A DNA stretch of 43,564 bases from Folioceros fuciformis (taxonomy: Eukaryota): positions 1 through 43,564 of the forward strand of contig JBNGIO010005849.1 of NCBI GenBank assembly GCA_049999805.1, read 5' to 3'. The translations under genes and the position numbers were made by a program. Each line of letters begins with the position of its first letter. The first letter of the stretch is position 1. The notes beneath the pieces are model-generated. The model had not been told where the DNA came from, ran no database searches, and saw only the letters and a list, made by a program, of their open reading frames with translations. This document shows, in pieces, positions 1-11,869 of this stretch.

Positions 1-10
1 GGAGGGGGAG

Positions 11-229
11 GGGCGCCACGCAGGCGCCACCTCGACGCCATGCAGGCTCCAGCTAGGCGCCATGTGAGAGCCACTTGGGTGCCACCTAGGCGCCATGTGA
101 GCGCTAGCGGGTGCCACATCAGCGCCACTTGGGCGCCACGCGGGTGCGACTTGGGCACCACGCGGGCGCCACCTAGGCACCACTTGGACGCCACCTAGGC
201 GCCACTGGGCACCACGTGGGCGCCCATGA
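11..229. repeat. GC-rich 11-bp tandem repeat (~20 units, consensus RGGCGCCACYT) in the 5' leader of copia element 1
   Basis: Consecutive units are readable: gggcgccacgc aggcgccacct cgacgccatgc aggctccagct aggcgccatgt ... gggcaccacgt. Confidence 0.85.
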
Positions 230-512
230 CGCGCAAAACGAGCGTGCCAGTGAAGCGAGGACCCGATTGCCGAGCGCCGGAAAGTGAACAAATCGCAGAC
301 GCCGGGAGCGAGAGTGTGGGCGCCGTATTGACCCCGGCTGAGGAAGTCAGGATCTCGATCAGACGTAGGAGGACATTCCTGTTATGAGCGACAGAGGCCC
401 AAGTTGTGGACATACGATTCGGAAGAAGTTGTGAGGGTGACCTGTAGAATCTACATTTCATTTCGACCAATTTCAAACCAGCTTTTTGGTTGATTTCGAT
501 CGATTTTGAAGC

Positions 513-3500
513 ATGACGTCCTCAGAAAACGTCATGTTCAATATCGAGAAGTTAGATGGTACTAACTTCCCGTTCTGGAAAGAACAAGTGTATAATGTTC
601 TAGTACAGAAGAAGTAGATCAAGCCCATCAAGCTGCTAGGAGTGAAACCTGTTAGCATGACTCAGGATGAGTGGCAGGGTCTAGATGAGCTTGCTAGGTC
701 TACCATCATGCTAACAGTGTCGAAGTCGGTCTACTTCAACGTGAAAGACAAGACCACAAGTTTCGAGCTATGGCAGAAGCTGTGTGACTTGTATGAGAAG
801 CAAAGTGCGGCTTCTCAGGTGTATTGGTTGAAACAGCTGGTGGACTTGAAGATGAAGGAAGGGACGAGGATGTCCGATCATCTGAATGAGTTCAATACCA
901 TTTTCAGCCAGCTCTCATCTCAAGGTATCTCGTTCCCAGATTCCGTGAGAGCTATGTTTCTGCTGGTCACATTACCAGAGAGCTGGGACACCTTCCGTAC
1001 GACTCTGAGTAATTCCGCTCCTGCCAGTGGTCTTACCGTTGTAAATGTAGAAGGTAGCCTGTTAACAGAGGAGGTGAACAGGAAGAATATGGAACCTTCG
1101 AAAGGTTCTAATGCCCTCATGGTGAGAGGAAGGTCCACTTCAAAGGGGAAGTACAAGGAGCGAAGTTCTTCCCGTAGCAAATCTTGTAGTCGTAACAATG
1201 TTGAGTGTTACCATTGTCACAAGAAGGGTCACATCAGAAGGGACTGCGAGAAGTTCAAGAAGGAAAAAGGCAAGGAGAAGAAGCAGAGCGACAACAAGGC
1301 AGATTCGAGTATCGAGCGTGATGAGGTGAACTCTGTTGACGATGAAGATGTTCTTATCTCTTCTTCTTTTGGTTCTGCACAACTTACAACCATGGAGAGT
1401 CACTTATTCTCTAATTGGATAATTGACTCTGGAGCATCTTTCCATGTTACTCCGCATAGGGAGTGGTTTAGCACTTATGATGCTACTAGGAAAGGATGTG
1501 TTCGGCTTGGAAATAACTATGCGTGCGAGATAGCAGGCGTTGGTGATGTGCAGCTGAAGTTCGACAACGGATCTTCATTCACACTAAAGGATGTCAGGCA
1601 TGTTCCGAAGTTGACCAAAAGCATGATTAGCGGAGGGTAGTTGGATGACGCTGGCTACCACTGTTGGTTTGGAGATCGTCCTTGGAAGATCTCCAAAGGT
1701 TCTCTTGTGATAGCTCGTGGATCGAAGTGTGGCACTTTGTACTCACTTCAGATAACCACTGTCAAGGATCATGTGATTTGTGTAGCGGAACAGCCAAGTG
1801 TTTCCTTGTGGCATAGTCGGTTAGGACATATGTCTCAGAAAGGAATGAAGATCTTATCTCGTTTTGGTTACGTCCCTGCTCTTGACTTCTCCGATTTCTC
1901 CGTGTGTGAGCACTGTTTGTATGGAAAACAGACGAAGTCACCACATGGAGCAAGAGGTAAACACAAAAGTAAACCTCTTGAATTGGTTCACAGTGACATT
2001 TGTGGACCTATGCCCACTGTGTCGTTAGGCGGTGCATCTTATTTTGTCACTTTCATTGAGGACTTCTCACGCAAGGTGTGGGTTTATCCTTTGAGGAAAA
2101 AGGATGATGTTCTGATAGTGTTTCAGAAATTCGTCACCCTTGTGGAGAAACAGTCTGGCCTCCGGCTGAAGTGTCTAAGGACAGACAATGGGGGAGAGTA
2201 TGTCTCGAAGGCTTTCTAGTCATTCTGTGATTCCAAGGGAATCAAGAGAGAATTGACTGCACCGTATACTCCTCCCCAGAATGGTGTGGCTGAGCGGATG
2301 AACAGGACCATCCAGGAGAGGATGCGTAGTTTGTTGTCAAACTCTGGATTGCCTAACGGATTTTGGGCAGAAGCGGTGGTTACGGCAGTGCATCTTATTA
2401 ACAGATCTCCTAATAGGGCTGTGGATGAACAGGTTCCAGAGGAGATGTGGTCTGCAAAGAAGCCGTCATACAAACATCTACGAGTGTTTGGCTGCGAGGC
2501 ATACTACCATGTTCTGAAGGAGTTTCGCGACAAGTTGGCTCCTAAGTCAAGAAAATGTATTTTTCTTGGCTATGGTGAATCTGGTGAGATGGGACACTGT
2601 CTGTGGGATCCAGAAGCCAAGAGGATGGTTCGTAGCAATGATGTGTTCTTCAATGAGACCAAGATGCACAAGAATCCTACTCCAACTGTGGAGGTGCGAC
2701 GGGTGGTCTTCCAAGAAGATGGACTTGACCGTCCCGCGCAGGCTGAACATCGTGATGTGCAGGAACAAGTTCCTCCACTTGTAGACGAGGAGAGAGTGCA
2801 ACCAGCTCCGGTCGAGGCGCTAGTGCTTCGTAGGTCAGGAAGGATCTCACGTCCTCCTGACAGGTATGTTGCATCTCTTGATTATGTCATGCTGACGGAT
2901 TGTGGGGAGCCCTCTTGTTACCAAGAGGCCATGTCAGTGACTGACAAAAACAAGTGGGAGAAGGCGATGTAGTCGCAGATGGATTCGCTCCATAAGAACC
3001 AAACTTGGGAGTTGGTTTGGTTGCCTAAGGGCAAGAAGGCGTTGCCATGCAAATGGGTGTATAAGATGAAGGACATACCCCATTATGGCAAACCCAAGTA
3101 CAAGGCACGATTGGTTGCTAAAGGTTTTAAGCAACAGCAAGGTATTGACTTTGATGAGATTTTCTCACCAGTTGTCAAAATGACTACCTTGAGATGTGTT
3201 CTTGGTCTGGTTGCGAGGAACGACATGGAACTTGTCCAGATGGATGTGAAGTCGGCATTTCTGCATGGTGATCTCCAGGAAGAGGTATACATGCAGCAAC
3301 CAGAGGGTTTCATTGAGAAGGGCAAAGAGAGTCTGGTGTGCAAGTTAAAGAAGAGCCTTTATGGTTTGAAGCAGGCACCCAGGGAGTGGTATTTCAAGTT
3401 CCACTCATTTATGCTTTCTCAAGGCTACAAGCGTAGCGATATGGATCATTACCTCTATACGAAGCAAGCTAAGGATGGAAGCTTGCTCATTCTAGTCCTC

Positions 3501-4460
3501 TATGTGGATGACATGCTAATTGCTGGGACTAACAGTGATGAGATTTCAGCGTTGCAGTCAAAGTTAAATGGTCGCTTTGACATGACAGACTTGGGGGAGG
3601 CAAGCCATATTCTTGGCATGCGTATTCGTCGAGACAGACAGAAGCGTGTGATGTACTTGTCTCAGACAGAATACATTAACAAGGTGCTTCAACGTTTCAA
3701 TATGGAGAAGGGGAAGGTCTTAAGTACTCCGTTGCCTCCATATGTGAAACTTTCGAGCAAGGATTGCCCAAGTTCTGCGGAGGATAAAGCTGAAATGGAG
3801 AAGGTTCCATACTCATCAGCTGTAGGGAGTTTGATGTATGCAATGATTGCTACACGTCCTGACATTGCTTTTGCAGTGGGAGTGGTTAGCAGGTTCATGT
3901 CAAACCCTGGCAGGAAGCATTGGGAGGCAATGAAAGGGGTTATGAGGTATTTGAATGGTACAAAAGCTTTGTGCTTATGTTTTGGTAGTGAAGATGCATC
4001 TGTAGTGGGATATACGGATGCTGATTATGCAGGGGATATGGACAAAAGGAGTTCCACATCAGGTTATGTCTTCATGTGCACTGGAGGGGCAGTCTCATGG
4101 CGATCTCGTTTGCAATCGTGCATAACGCTATCTACCACAGAGGCCGAGTATGTTGCAGCGACTGAGGCTTGCAAGGAAGCCATGTGGCTTGCTCGTTTAG
4201 TGGGAGATTTGGGGATCAAGGGTGAGCTGCCAGTGTTGCATTGTGATAGCCAGAGTGCTATCCAGTTGGCGAAGAATTCAGTGTTTCATGCGAAGACCAA
4301 ACATGTGGAAGTGAAGTATCACTTCATTCAAGAGGTGTTGGAAGACAAGAGGGTACAGCTTGTCAAAGTTCACACCAGTCAGAACCCTGCAAATGTTCTT
4401 ACCAAGGGGCTCTCTACGGAGCAATTCGCACAAGCTCGGACACTCATGGGCATGAGCTAG
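513..4460 (+). pseudogene. Copia gag-pol polyprotein in one frame, interrupted by four in-frame TAG stops
   Basis: ATG 513 MTSSENVMFNIEKLDGTNFPFWK; zinc knuckle CYHCHKKGHIRRDC; protease WIIDSGASFH; integrase LWHSRLGH..CEHC, LELVHSDICGP, LRTDNGGEY, NGVAERMN; RT YKARLVAKG, LYVDDML; RNase H YTDADYAGD, STTEAEY, NPANVLTKGL. Stops at 615, 1638, 2217 and 2970. Confidence 0.97.
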
Positions 4461-4502
4461 ACCACTCTCTTATGAAGGTAAATTGGCCTTTAAGTGGGAG
4501 GT

Positions 4503-4829
4503 TGTAGGGTTATTAAAGCCCAATGTGCTTAGGCTAATGTGTTTAGTCTAATATTAGTGTCTAGTTAATGTGCTTAGACTAATGTGTTTAGTCTAAGATT
4601 AGTGTCTAGTTAATTATCATTAGTTTAGATTAGCTTAAGCTAATCTGTAGGAAGCTTCTTGCGCAGCTTCCTGTGAGCTTCTTGTGAAGCTTCCTAGGGA
4701 GCTCTTCTAGAGGGTATAAATACCCCCTTGAGCTCCCTTGCCAACTACTCTCAATGTGACCTCTTTTTCTCCTCTCCTCTCTGCCTCCTCTTCTCCTCTC
4801 CTCCACCATGCTCCTCTAGTGATCCTACA
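4503..4829 (+). repeat. 3' LTR of copia element 1 (327 bp)
   Basis: Starts TGTAGG two bases after the PPT and ends CCTACA (6-bp terminal inverted repeat). Contains TATAAATA at 4715-4722, a CT-rich tract after it, and a 45-bp internal tandem duplication at about 4522-4612. Confidence 0.9.
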
Positions 4830-5939
4830 AGTTGAGGGAGTTGAGAAGAGAAGAAAAGAAAGAGAGAAGCGTAGCCTCGCACTTAATGTGGCGTGAGGTG
4901 TGAGGCAGAGGATTGAGATGGAGAGTTGACTGAACTAACTGGAAAACGGTATGAGCTTCTTGGAAGATTGAGGAAGGTTGTGGAGGATCGCTGGAGATTG
5001 GGCCGGATTGTTGAAAGGTTTTCGAGTGTTTTCTAGTCCTTTGTGAGAGACTACTAAAGATTGTTGAAGGGTGCGAGAGATTGTGGAGGGTAGCTGAGAG
5101 ATTGGTGGGAAGTTGTGGCTGTTGCTAGGGGATTAGAAGCACTTGGAACCCGGCCTGGGGGAAATGATTGTGCATCAAAGTTCTTGTGTGTGTGTTTTAT
5201 GTGAGGGAGTGCGGCTTACCTGTGGGGTCTTGCTTCCCAAGGGTTGGCCTGTGCATGTGTGTCTAGCACCCAATAAGACCATCTCTATAAGTCCAAAAGC
5301 CCTGAAGAAGAAACCCGGGGTGAAAACCCATGGCGGCGCATATGCCAGAGAATATTAGTTAGGGTTTTGGGTGGGACGCATCGTGGTCGTGGGAATGGCT
5401 ACCGGTCATGGAACCCGCGACCATGGTGGTAGAGTCGGAACTGCGGACATAGAGTAGGGTCAGTAATAGCTGGGTTACCTAGAAGTAGTGGTAGGGAGCT
5501 AGTCGGTGATAGTGTGGTAGTAGAGGAGTCTTGACCAAGGTAAGAGTTAGCAATAGTAGAAGCCCATGTTACTTGGCAAAAATCATTCCCTTGAGAGTGA
5601 ATCTCACGACTACAACAACATAGAGGGTGAATGTCGACCTCACGGTGTCCTCGGACACAACATTTCACTCCATAGCAGGCAGGGCGGGGAATGGGGTGCC
5701 AGCCAGCCCATCCGCGAGGGCAGGTAGGGCGGGGCACGGGGTGCCGCAGCCAAGCCACGAGGGCAGGGCGAGGCACGGGCGCTAGCCCGCAGCCCAGCCA
5801 CTGGCGCAAGGCGAGGCGTGGGGCACCAACCCATAGAACGGCCGTAGCCGCAGGGTGCGATCGCGGGGCGCCAGCCCCCAGCCTGGCCGCGGGTGCAGGC
5901 CCCCATCACGGGGCCCCAGCCTGGTTGTAAGGGTAAGGA

Positions 5940-6070
5940 AGCCTACCCGACTGAGAGCCTACCCAAGGAGCTTACCCAGTGGGTAGCCTACCCGGTGGGG
6001 AGCCTACCTAACAGGGAGTGTACTTGGCAGGTAGCTTAACTAAAGGTAGCGGGTAGCTTACCCGAGTGGT
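5940..6070. repeat. Degenerate short tandem repeats (agcctaccc...ggtag)
   Basis: About 7 imperfect copies of agc(c/t)taccc spaced 13-20 bp apart. Confidence 0.6.
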
Positions 6071-6493
6071 GTATTAACAAATTATTAGGAAAAAAAAGAA
6101 AAGAAAAGAGTCTAGAGGGCATTGCTTATGAGGATTACTACTTTATGACACACATAGGCTCGTTAAGTCGTGTGAATGCCTAGTGTTGATGGTGGCAAAA
6201 GTGATTAGGAGTATGGATTAGAGTTGGAATAATTCTTACCGGTGAATGGCCCATGGTTCAAGTATTCAAGAGGCACGTGGCGACGACGAGAAGAGGAAGA
6301 GGTTGAACAACCAATCACGAAGGCAAACTTGGAGAGTTTGGAGCAAGGAGGCAAGTATGAGGTGTTCACAGGAAGACCCGGAAGTTTGATGTTTGAGACT
6401 TTGAGGACAAGATTATCTTGGAGGCGAGGTGTGGGCTGCTTATAGGAAGCATAAGGCGGAGCTTTGTATGTCTATGGCCTTTCATCTTGAGAT

Positions 6494-7216
6494 AGATTGT
6501 GCTACAGAGCACGCTAATCAAGTTTTAGAGGATATGCTTGGTGCTTATATAGGTGTGAACCAAGCTTGGTGGCTCGACTATTTTCACCTTGTCAAGTTTG
6601 CCTAATGCTCCTAATTCCTTGATGTGAGTTCCTCCATTCCTATCCAATAGAAATTTTCACCCTCATACACTACTTCTTGATTTCTTGCCTTCTATTGCTT
6701 GTGTCCTTGCTGGTGTAGAGTTCCTCAACCTGCGTATCTAGATTCAACAACAAGCTTGTTAATTTTCCCATGAAGCCCAAAACCACCAAGCCCATTTTGC
6801 CAATCACCATCATCGTTCTTAGGAACTCACACTTGGTGTTGGCTATGTCTTGTCGTCTGCCCAAAACTTGTCTCTTCTTAGCCAATGAGCTTGCTCTTCC
6901 TCCTGAATCTCGCATTCATCTTATCTTTCATGTAACTTCCTTGCTCAAACCTCATCATGGCTCCCCACCTTCTATGCCAACCTCAATTAATACTTGTAAT
7001 GGTCCTCCTTACGAAGTTGAAAGCCTCCTTTGCCATTGGTGTGTCGTCGTCACTAAGAATTCTTAATGTTGTGGAAAGGTTACCCCCTTCGAGATGCCTT
7101 TGGGACCCCCTTGCCAACCTGTCCCGTTCTTCTGACCTACTCCATGCCTACACTCATGGTCATCAACTACATCTCCTTGGCTTTGAGGTCGAAGCCTCTT
7201 CTCCCTAAGGATGAGT
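6494..7216 (+). mobile_element. Degenerate Ty3/gypsy (chromovirus-type) integrase C-terminus plus chromodomain, followed by a PPT-like tract
   Basis: TEHANQVLEDMLGAYIGVNQAWWLDYFHLVKFA resembles the gypsy integrase TERxNQxLEDMLRAY motif. ELALPPESRIHLIFHVTSLLKP resembles the GPY/F-region IHPVFHVSLLK. YEVESLL..LWKGYP..DAFWDPLANL is chromodomain-like and frameshifted. Purine tract aaggatgag precedes TGTTAC at 7217, a probable LTR start. Confidence 0.8.
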
Positions 7217-7519
7217 TGTTACGGATAAGCTATGGGGGCGCTCAATCTTCCGGAATAACAAGTTGCATAATTTGTTGTTGTGATCACGGCAAGTTTATCA
7301 TTACAATCTATGGCATGTACTGCAGAAGTTTGTGCATAAGAGCTAGGCTTTCCTTCTAGTAAACATGTGCTCAAGGGACATAAACGTAGTTTCCCCTTAC
7401 TCTTTTGTTTGCAATGTCCAGATGTGTAGTGATTTCTTACACCCAAGAACCACCAAAGGGCCACACTTCCCCTTATTGTCGTTGTAGTCTTATGATTCGC
7501 TCCCAAGGGAGTGAACTAG

Positions 7520-10302
7520 TGTCAAGGGTACCTACAATTTCCTACTCTCACCCTATCTATCAGCCGGTTCCTAACCTTGATCGTACTCCAGCAAAAAGGT
7601 CAGAATTATTAGCCTATCCTCAGCTCAACCCACTAATTCCACACTCCAGCACTTCAGTCCTTCAATCCTTTATGTCTCCACTTCAGCCCATCACTTCACT
7701 TCAGTCACGCACCTCTTCACTTCAGCTCACACTTCTGCACCCCAGCAACTCACACTTCACTCCACCTCACTCCAACACCTCCACACTTCTCTTCAACTCA
7801 ACCTTGGATTTTGGGACACAACAGCCTTGCCTCTCGAATTCTTCAAGCAAAGAGATGGGGACTAGGACTGGATAGCCCTCCTAGCTCACGGCCCTATCAC
7901 TTCACCTTAGCCGGCCTGCGAAATGATCAGTCGTTACAGATCCGGCCACACGGATCTCGGCAGTCTTGGGATCCACCACGTCCCCCTAGTGGCAAGGGGA
8001 ATCAAGTCCTTGGTTCAATCCCAACCGGCTCAGCACCCTAAGTCGGGAGTCTGCACACAAGGCCAAGGGAAATCACACCGTAGACTACCCCCTCCTCAAT
8101 GACAGGTCTGGCCACTTATACTACCTTGGCCCAAACCTCCATCTCTGTCTACTAGGGTTAGCCTCAGTCAACCGCCCTGCAGTCTCTCTCTGTCCTAAGC
8201 CGCCACTAACTCTGACCTAATCCTAATCCTAACTCTGACCTAACCTTAATCCGACCTAATCCTAACCTTGACCTAAGTCGAGCATAACTCTAACATAATT
8301 CTAACCCTAATTGCCCGCTACCCCTAGGACACTGCTAGTTGCCCCTACCAACAATCATCAGTGCCTCTCAAAACTGCCCTTGACTCCCTCAGACCTCCCC
8401 GGATGCACTAAGATAAGTTAACAGTAGCTCAAGACTAGGAATTCAGACTGTCATCCTTGGAGTGTCACTCAGAACACCCCCTTCTTCCCCCTGGACAACA
8501 AGCCTACTCCCTCTTAGCCCCAGCAGGATTTGAAACTCGGGCCCACTGCTTCCCCCCCTTCAGCGAGGGCACCTGGAACTCCACACCGGCCACTCGGCCA
8601 AACACTTCCACCGCTGCTCATTCTCCAAACCCAGAAAGTACTCATGCACTGCACGTTGCCTAGAACCGCTGATAGTTGAAGACGCTCCTCACTGATGCAT
8701 ACGGTCCCCTATCCGATTATACACGTCGCTACCATGGGACCCGTATTCTTCCCTAACACCAGCCCCCGCTTCGCACTGCCCCGATTCAGCACCCCTCCAC
8801 AGCGCTGTCAGAGCCCTTCGCCATCACGTGCCTTTCGACCTGGCTGTCTACCGAGCGCCTGTGCCTGCCTGGATCCGCCTGCAACCCGACTGCTAGATGC
8901 ATGGCTAGACCCGGCCAGCCAGCCACCCACCAGCTGATCGCTTGTCCAAATGTGCGTCCACTTGCAATCACCCCTACTAGCCGATCAGCCCGGCCACCTA
9001 CCTGGCTCCAGCCACGACCAGCCGCTTGTCCAGCCTCCAATAGGCTGACTACTGCGGCCACGATTCAGCAGGCCACTGACTGGCCACTATCAAGCCAACC
9101 GGCCTGGCTGCCTAGATCCAACTGCCAGCCCCTTGCCTGGCCTGCCAATCCACCCACCTCAATCCAACATGCTCGCCAGCCCACTGTGTTCCAGCCCGCC
9201 TAGACAGCTGGTCCGGATCCCACCACCTGCTCGGCTGCGTGGCCTGGATCCTGACTAGACCGGCCACTGCCCGCCTTGGCAATCCGGCCTTCTCCTACGC
9301 ACACCTCGCTTGATCCACTTCGGCCTGCCACAACTTGCTAGTCAGGTTAGTCCACCTCCCTGTCTGCCAAAATCCGGTGGCTACCCGCCTGGTCCGGCTC
9401 TAACTGCCGCTGGGCCACCTGCTGGCTCCCAGATCTGGCAGCTGCTGAGCCGCCTGCCAGCCTCCCGATCCGGCCCCAGCTGCCTACGTTCCATGCTCTT
9501 GCCCGCATGTCGGCCACCCCCCTTCCTACCAGCCGGTGTGTTCGGCTCCAGTATGGCACCCTTGGCTAATTTTCCCAGCCGCCAGCGCCTCGATCTGCTA
9601 GCGTGGTCTCTCCCCCCGCGGGTTTAGGGTCTAGCTCGGCCGGCCCTTGCCGCTGCCTGTATGCAGCTGGTCCACCCGGTTGCTGGTCAGGTTCCTTAGC
9701 AGCCAGGGGGCCCCTGGCTTGCTCCCGGCTACCCGTCTTGCCAGTCTACGGGCTAGCTGAATTCGGTCAAAACCCCAGCCTGGACCCAGCCAAGTCACCT
9801 AGCCGAACTTGCCCCCTACAGCCTGGCGACTTCGGCCCTTCCACCCGTACGTAACCGCTCACATGCTCCCTTGGCTACCTAGCTACCCCTCGGATCTGAT
9901 GCTTCCACAGCCTTAGCCCCTCCCTACGTGGACGCCTGCCCTCAGGGCCTCGGCCCCAGCACCTCTATCTCTATCTCCCGTTTCCACCAGCACCTGCCAA
10001 AGGGAACCCGACTTACCTCCACGCCCAGTTCTAGGGTTCCCAGTTCATCTGGACATCCTATCATGAGGAACCCGGCCTGTGTCCTATCTACCGCTCATCC
10101 TGCCTAGACCCTATCGACTCACCGTTAACCTAACCTCTAATCTAACCCAATCTCCTGACCACTCCCCTACGAAATTCAATCAAAAACCAAAAAAAAAACA
10201 AACTCTGCCATTTTTCCAAGAGATTTATTCATCATGTGGACTCCACACCAGACCATGACAGGAAGACCCTCATCAAAAGTGTACATGTCTTCAGGGTCTT
10301 AC
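7520..10302. repeat. Long non-coding low-complexity, repeat-like segment, probably retroelement LTR or leader DNA
   Basis: CT-rich tract 7620-7800, (CCTAA)-like tract 8207-8310, ccagcc-rich GC tract 8830-9900, A-run near 10190, and an LTR-end-like gggtcttaca at 10294-10303. No matching start or TSD found. Confidence 0.35.
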
Positions 10303-11056
10303 ACATCGTAACCTTGGAGATGGTGCACTCGAGACAGTAGGATTGAAAATAGAAACAAGGTGGCTACACCCCCTCTCACTCCCTTTGGATATATCTTCTA
10401 TATGTTGTTATTCATGGTGCACTAGTTGCCTAGCATATTATTGTTGCTCTCTTGCAAAGTTGGTTGACCGGATGTGCTATGAGTCAAACCTACACTTACC
10501 ACCATACAGTTGATCAATCACTACCTATTCCCTTTTCATCCATCTATTTGTGTGGTACAAATACTCTTGTCCAAAGCCATGTAGCGTGGAATGTGTTGAA
10601 CACATATCCACTGTCTTTTGAACTTGATGAAACTTGGTATCGCTCATTCGTTACAAGGAGGCAACGAAAGTGACGACCAGAATTGGTGAGCCTGCAATCT
10701 GTCCTTTTATGAGAGAAAGTTCTTCTGGGATGCTGCCTACATATTTATCTCCTCTTGAGACATTTTGAAAAGACTCATGCAAAGCACTATTGGAGTTCAA
10801 TTATATGAGCAATTAGGAAAGGGGACTTGGGTGGAATAACCTGTCCACCCTCCTTAGGTCAACTCATCCAAAAAGGGGGCCATTCCGAATCTCGAACTTT
10901 TTTAATTACGCATCAACCTAACTGCGTATACAGAAATAATGCATTTAAAATAAATTAGTAGATCATATTAAATTAATTAATAAAAGTATAATTGTATGAT
11001 TTGAGTTCTTCGTGATGATTGTGAGCATTGGGTAGGGGAGGGAAAGACCATGGTAC

Positions 11057-11425
11057 ATGTATAGCTCTTTCACCCTGAGAAACCGTGGGTTGTTGAAACC
11101 CTTCTTGTCGCCGGATAGGCTGCTACATCGTGTCGCGAAGGTTGCAGGAGAGATGGGGTTCATAATGGAGTTCGCGGAGCACTGGATTCGAAGCAGGATG
11201 GAGCATCCAGATCACCGAGACACTGTTTTTCGTGAAGACCTACGGAAGATCAAGGCCAAGTGCGAGGAACTGAAGGACTCCTGGGCGCTGCCGGTGAAGC
11301 CTTATGGATCCTGGGTCGCGGACAAGAACAACCACAAGCTGATCATGGATTTGAAGTTCAGCCGCATGCCGGGCCGGATGGATCCGTATGATCAGATTCG
11401 CGACCCGGTTGCACCAAAGCGGTAG
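11057..11425 (+). other. Unidentified protein-like ORF or exon (122 aa)
   Basis: Globular, charged composition and higher GC than the AT-rich flank at 10900-11020. No motif recognised. Confidence 0.35.
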
Positions 11426-11869
11426 TGAATTAACAGCAGGGCGGAGCTCAGTCCTGGCATGGGGCCTCTTGGTGCGAGGACGTTGTCTGGGTTTCGATGG
11501 TTAGAGGACTGCTGAGGAAGCTCAGGCGACCGCGTATGGTTAAGTCACATGGTGGATACCAACTTAGGTCTTCGCAGGGTTTGTTGCAGATGTGAGGGGT
11601 CTGCTGTGTTCCTCATAATAATCAGAGATTAGTTGTGATTGATGTCAGGGTTCTGGTAAGTCTTGTCTGCACCGGCGCAGTGGTGAATTTTCATAACTGG
11701 GGCTTCTCGACGTTTGCTGGGTAACTTTAGTGGCATCGGCAGCATCTGCAATGGGTTCTCCAGAGAGTGCAGGGCTTGCGAAGCCCTTGGGATGATAGCT
11801 GAGGGCAGAGCAGGCCGCACTGTCTGACACTGCCGATAAATTGTTGCCTAAAGTGAATATGCATTTTCA

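Larger units (their letters stand above)
1..4829 (+). mobile_element. Ty1/copia LTR retrotransposon 1 (5' LTR and PBS lie upstream of the window)
   Basis: Domain order gag-PR-IN-RT-RH, then PPT aagtgggag (4492-4500) and a TG...CA LTR. Confidence 0.97.

Noticed and set aside
8457-9854. Pro/Ala-rich ORFs in the GC-rich tract
   Set aside because: Expected from low-complexity ccagcc repeats on both strands; no domain signal.
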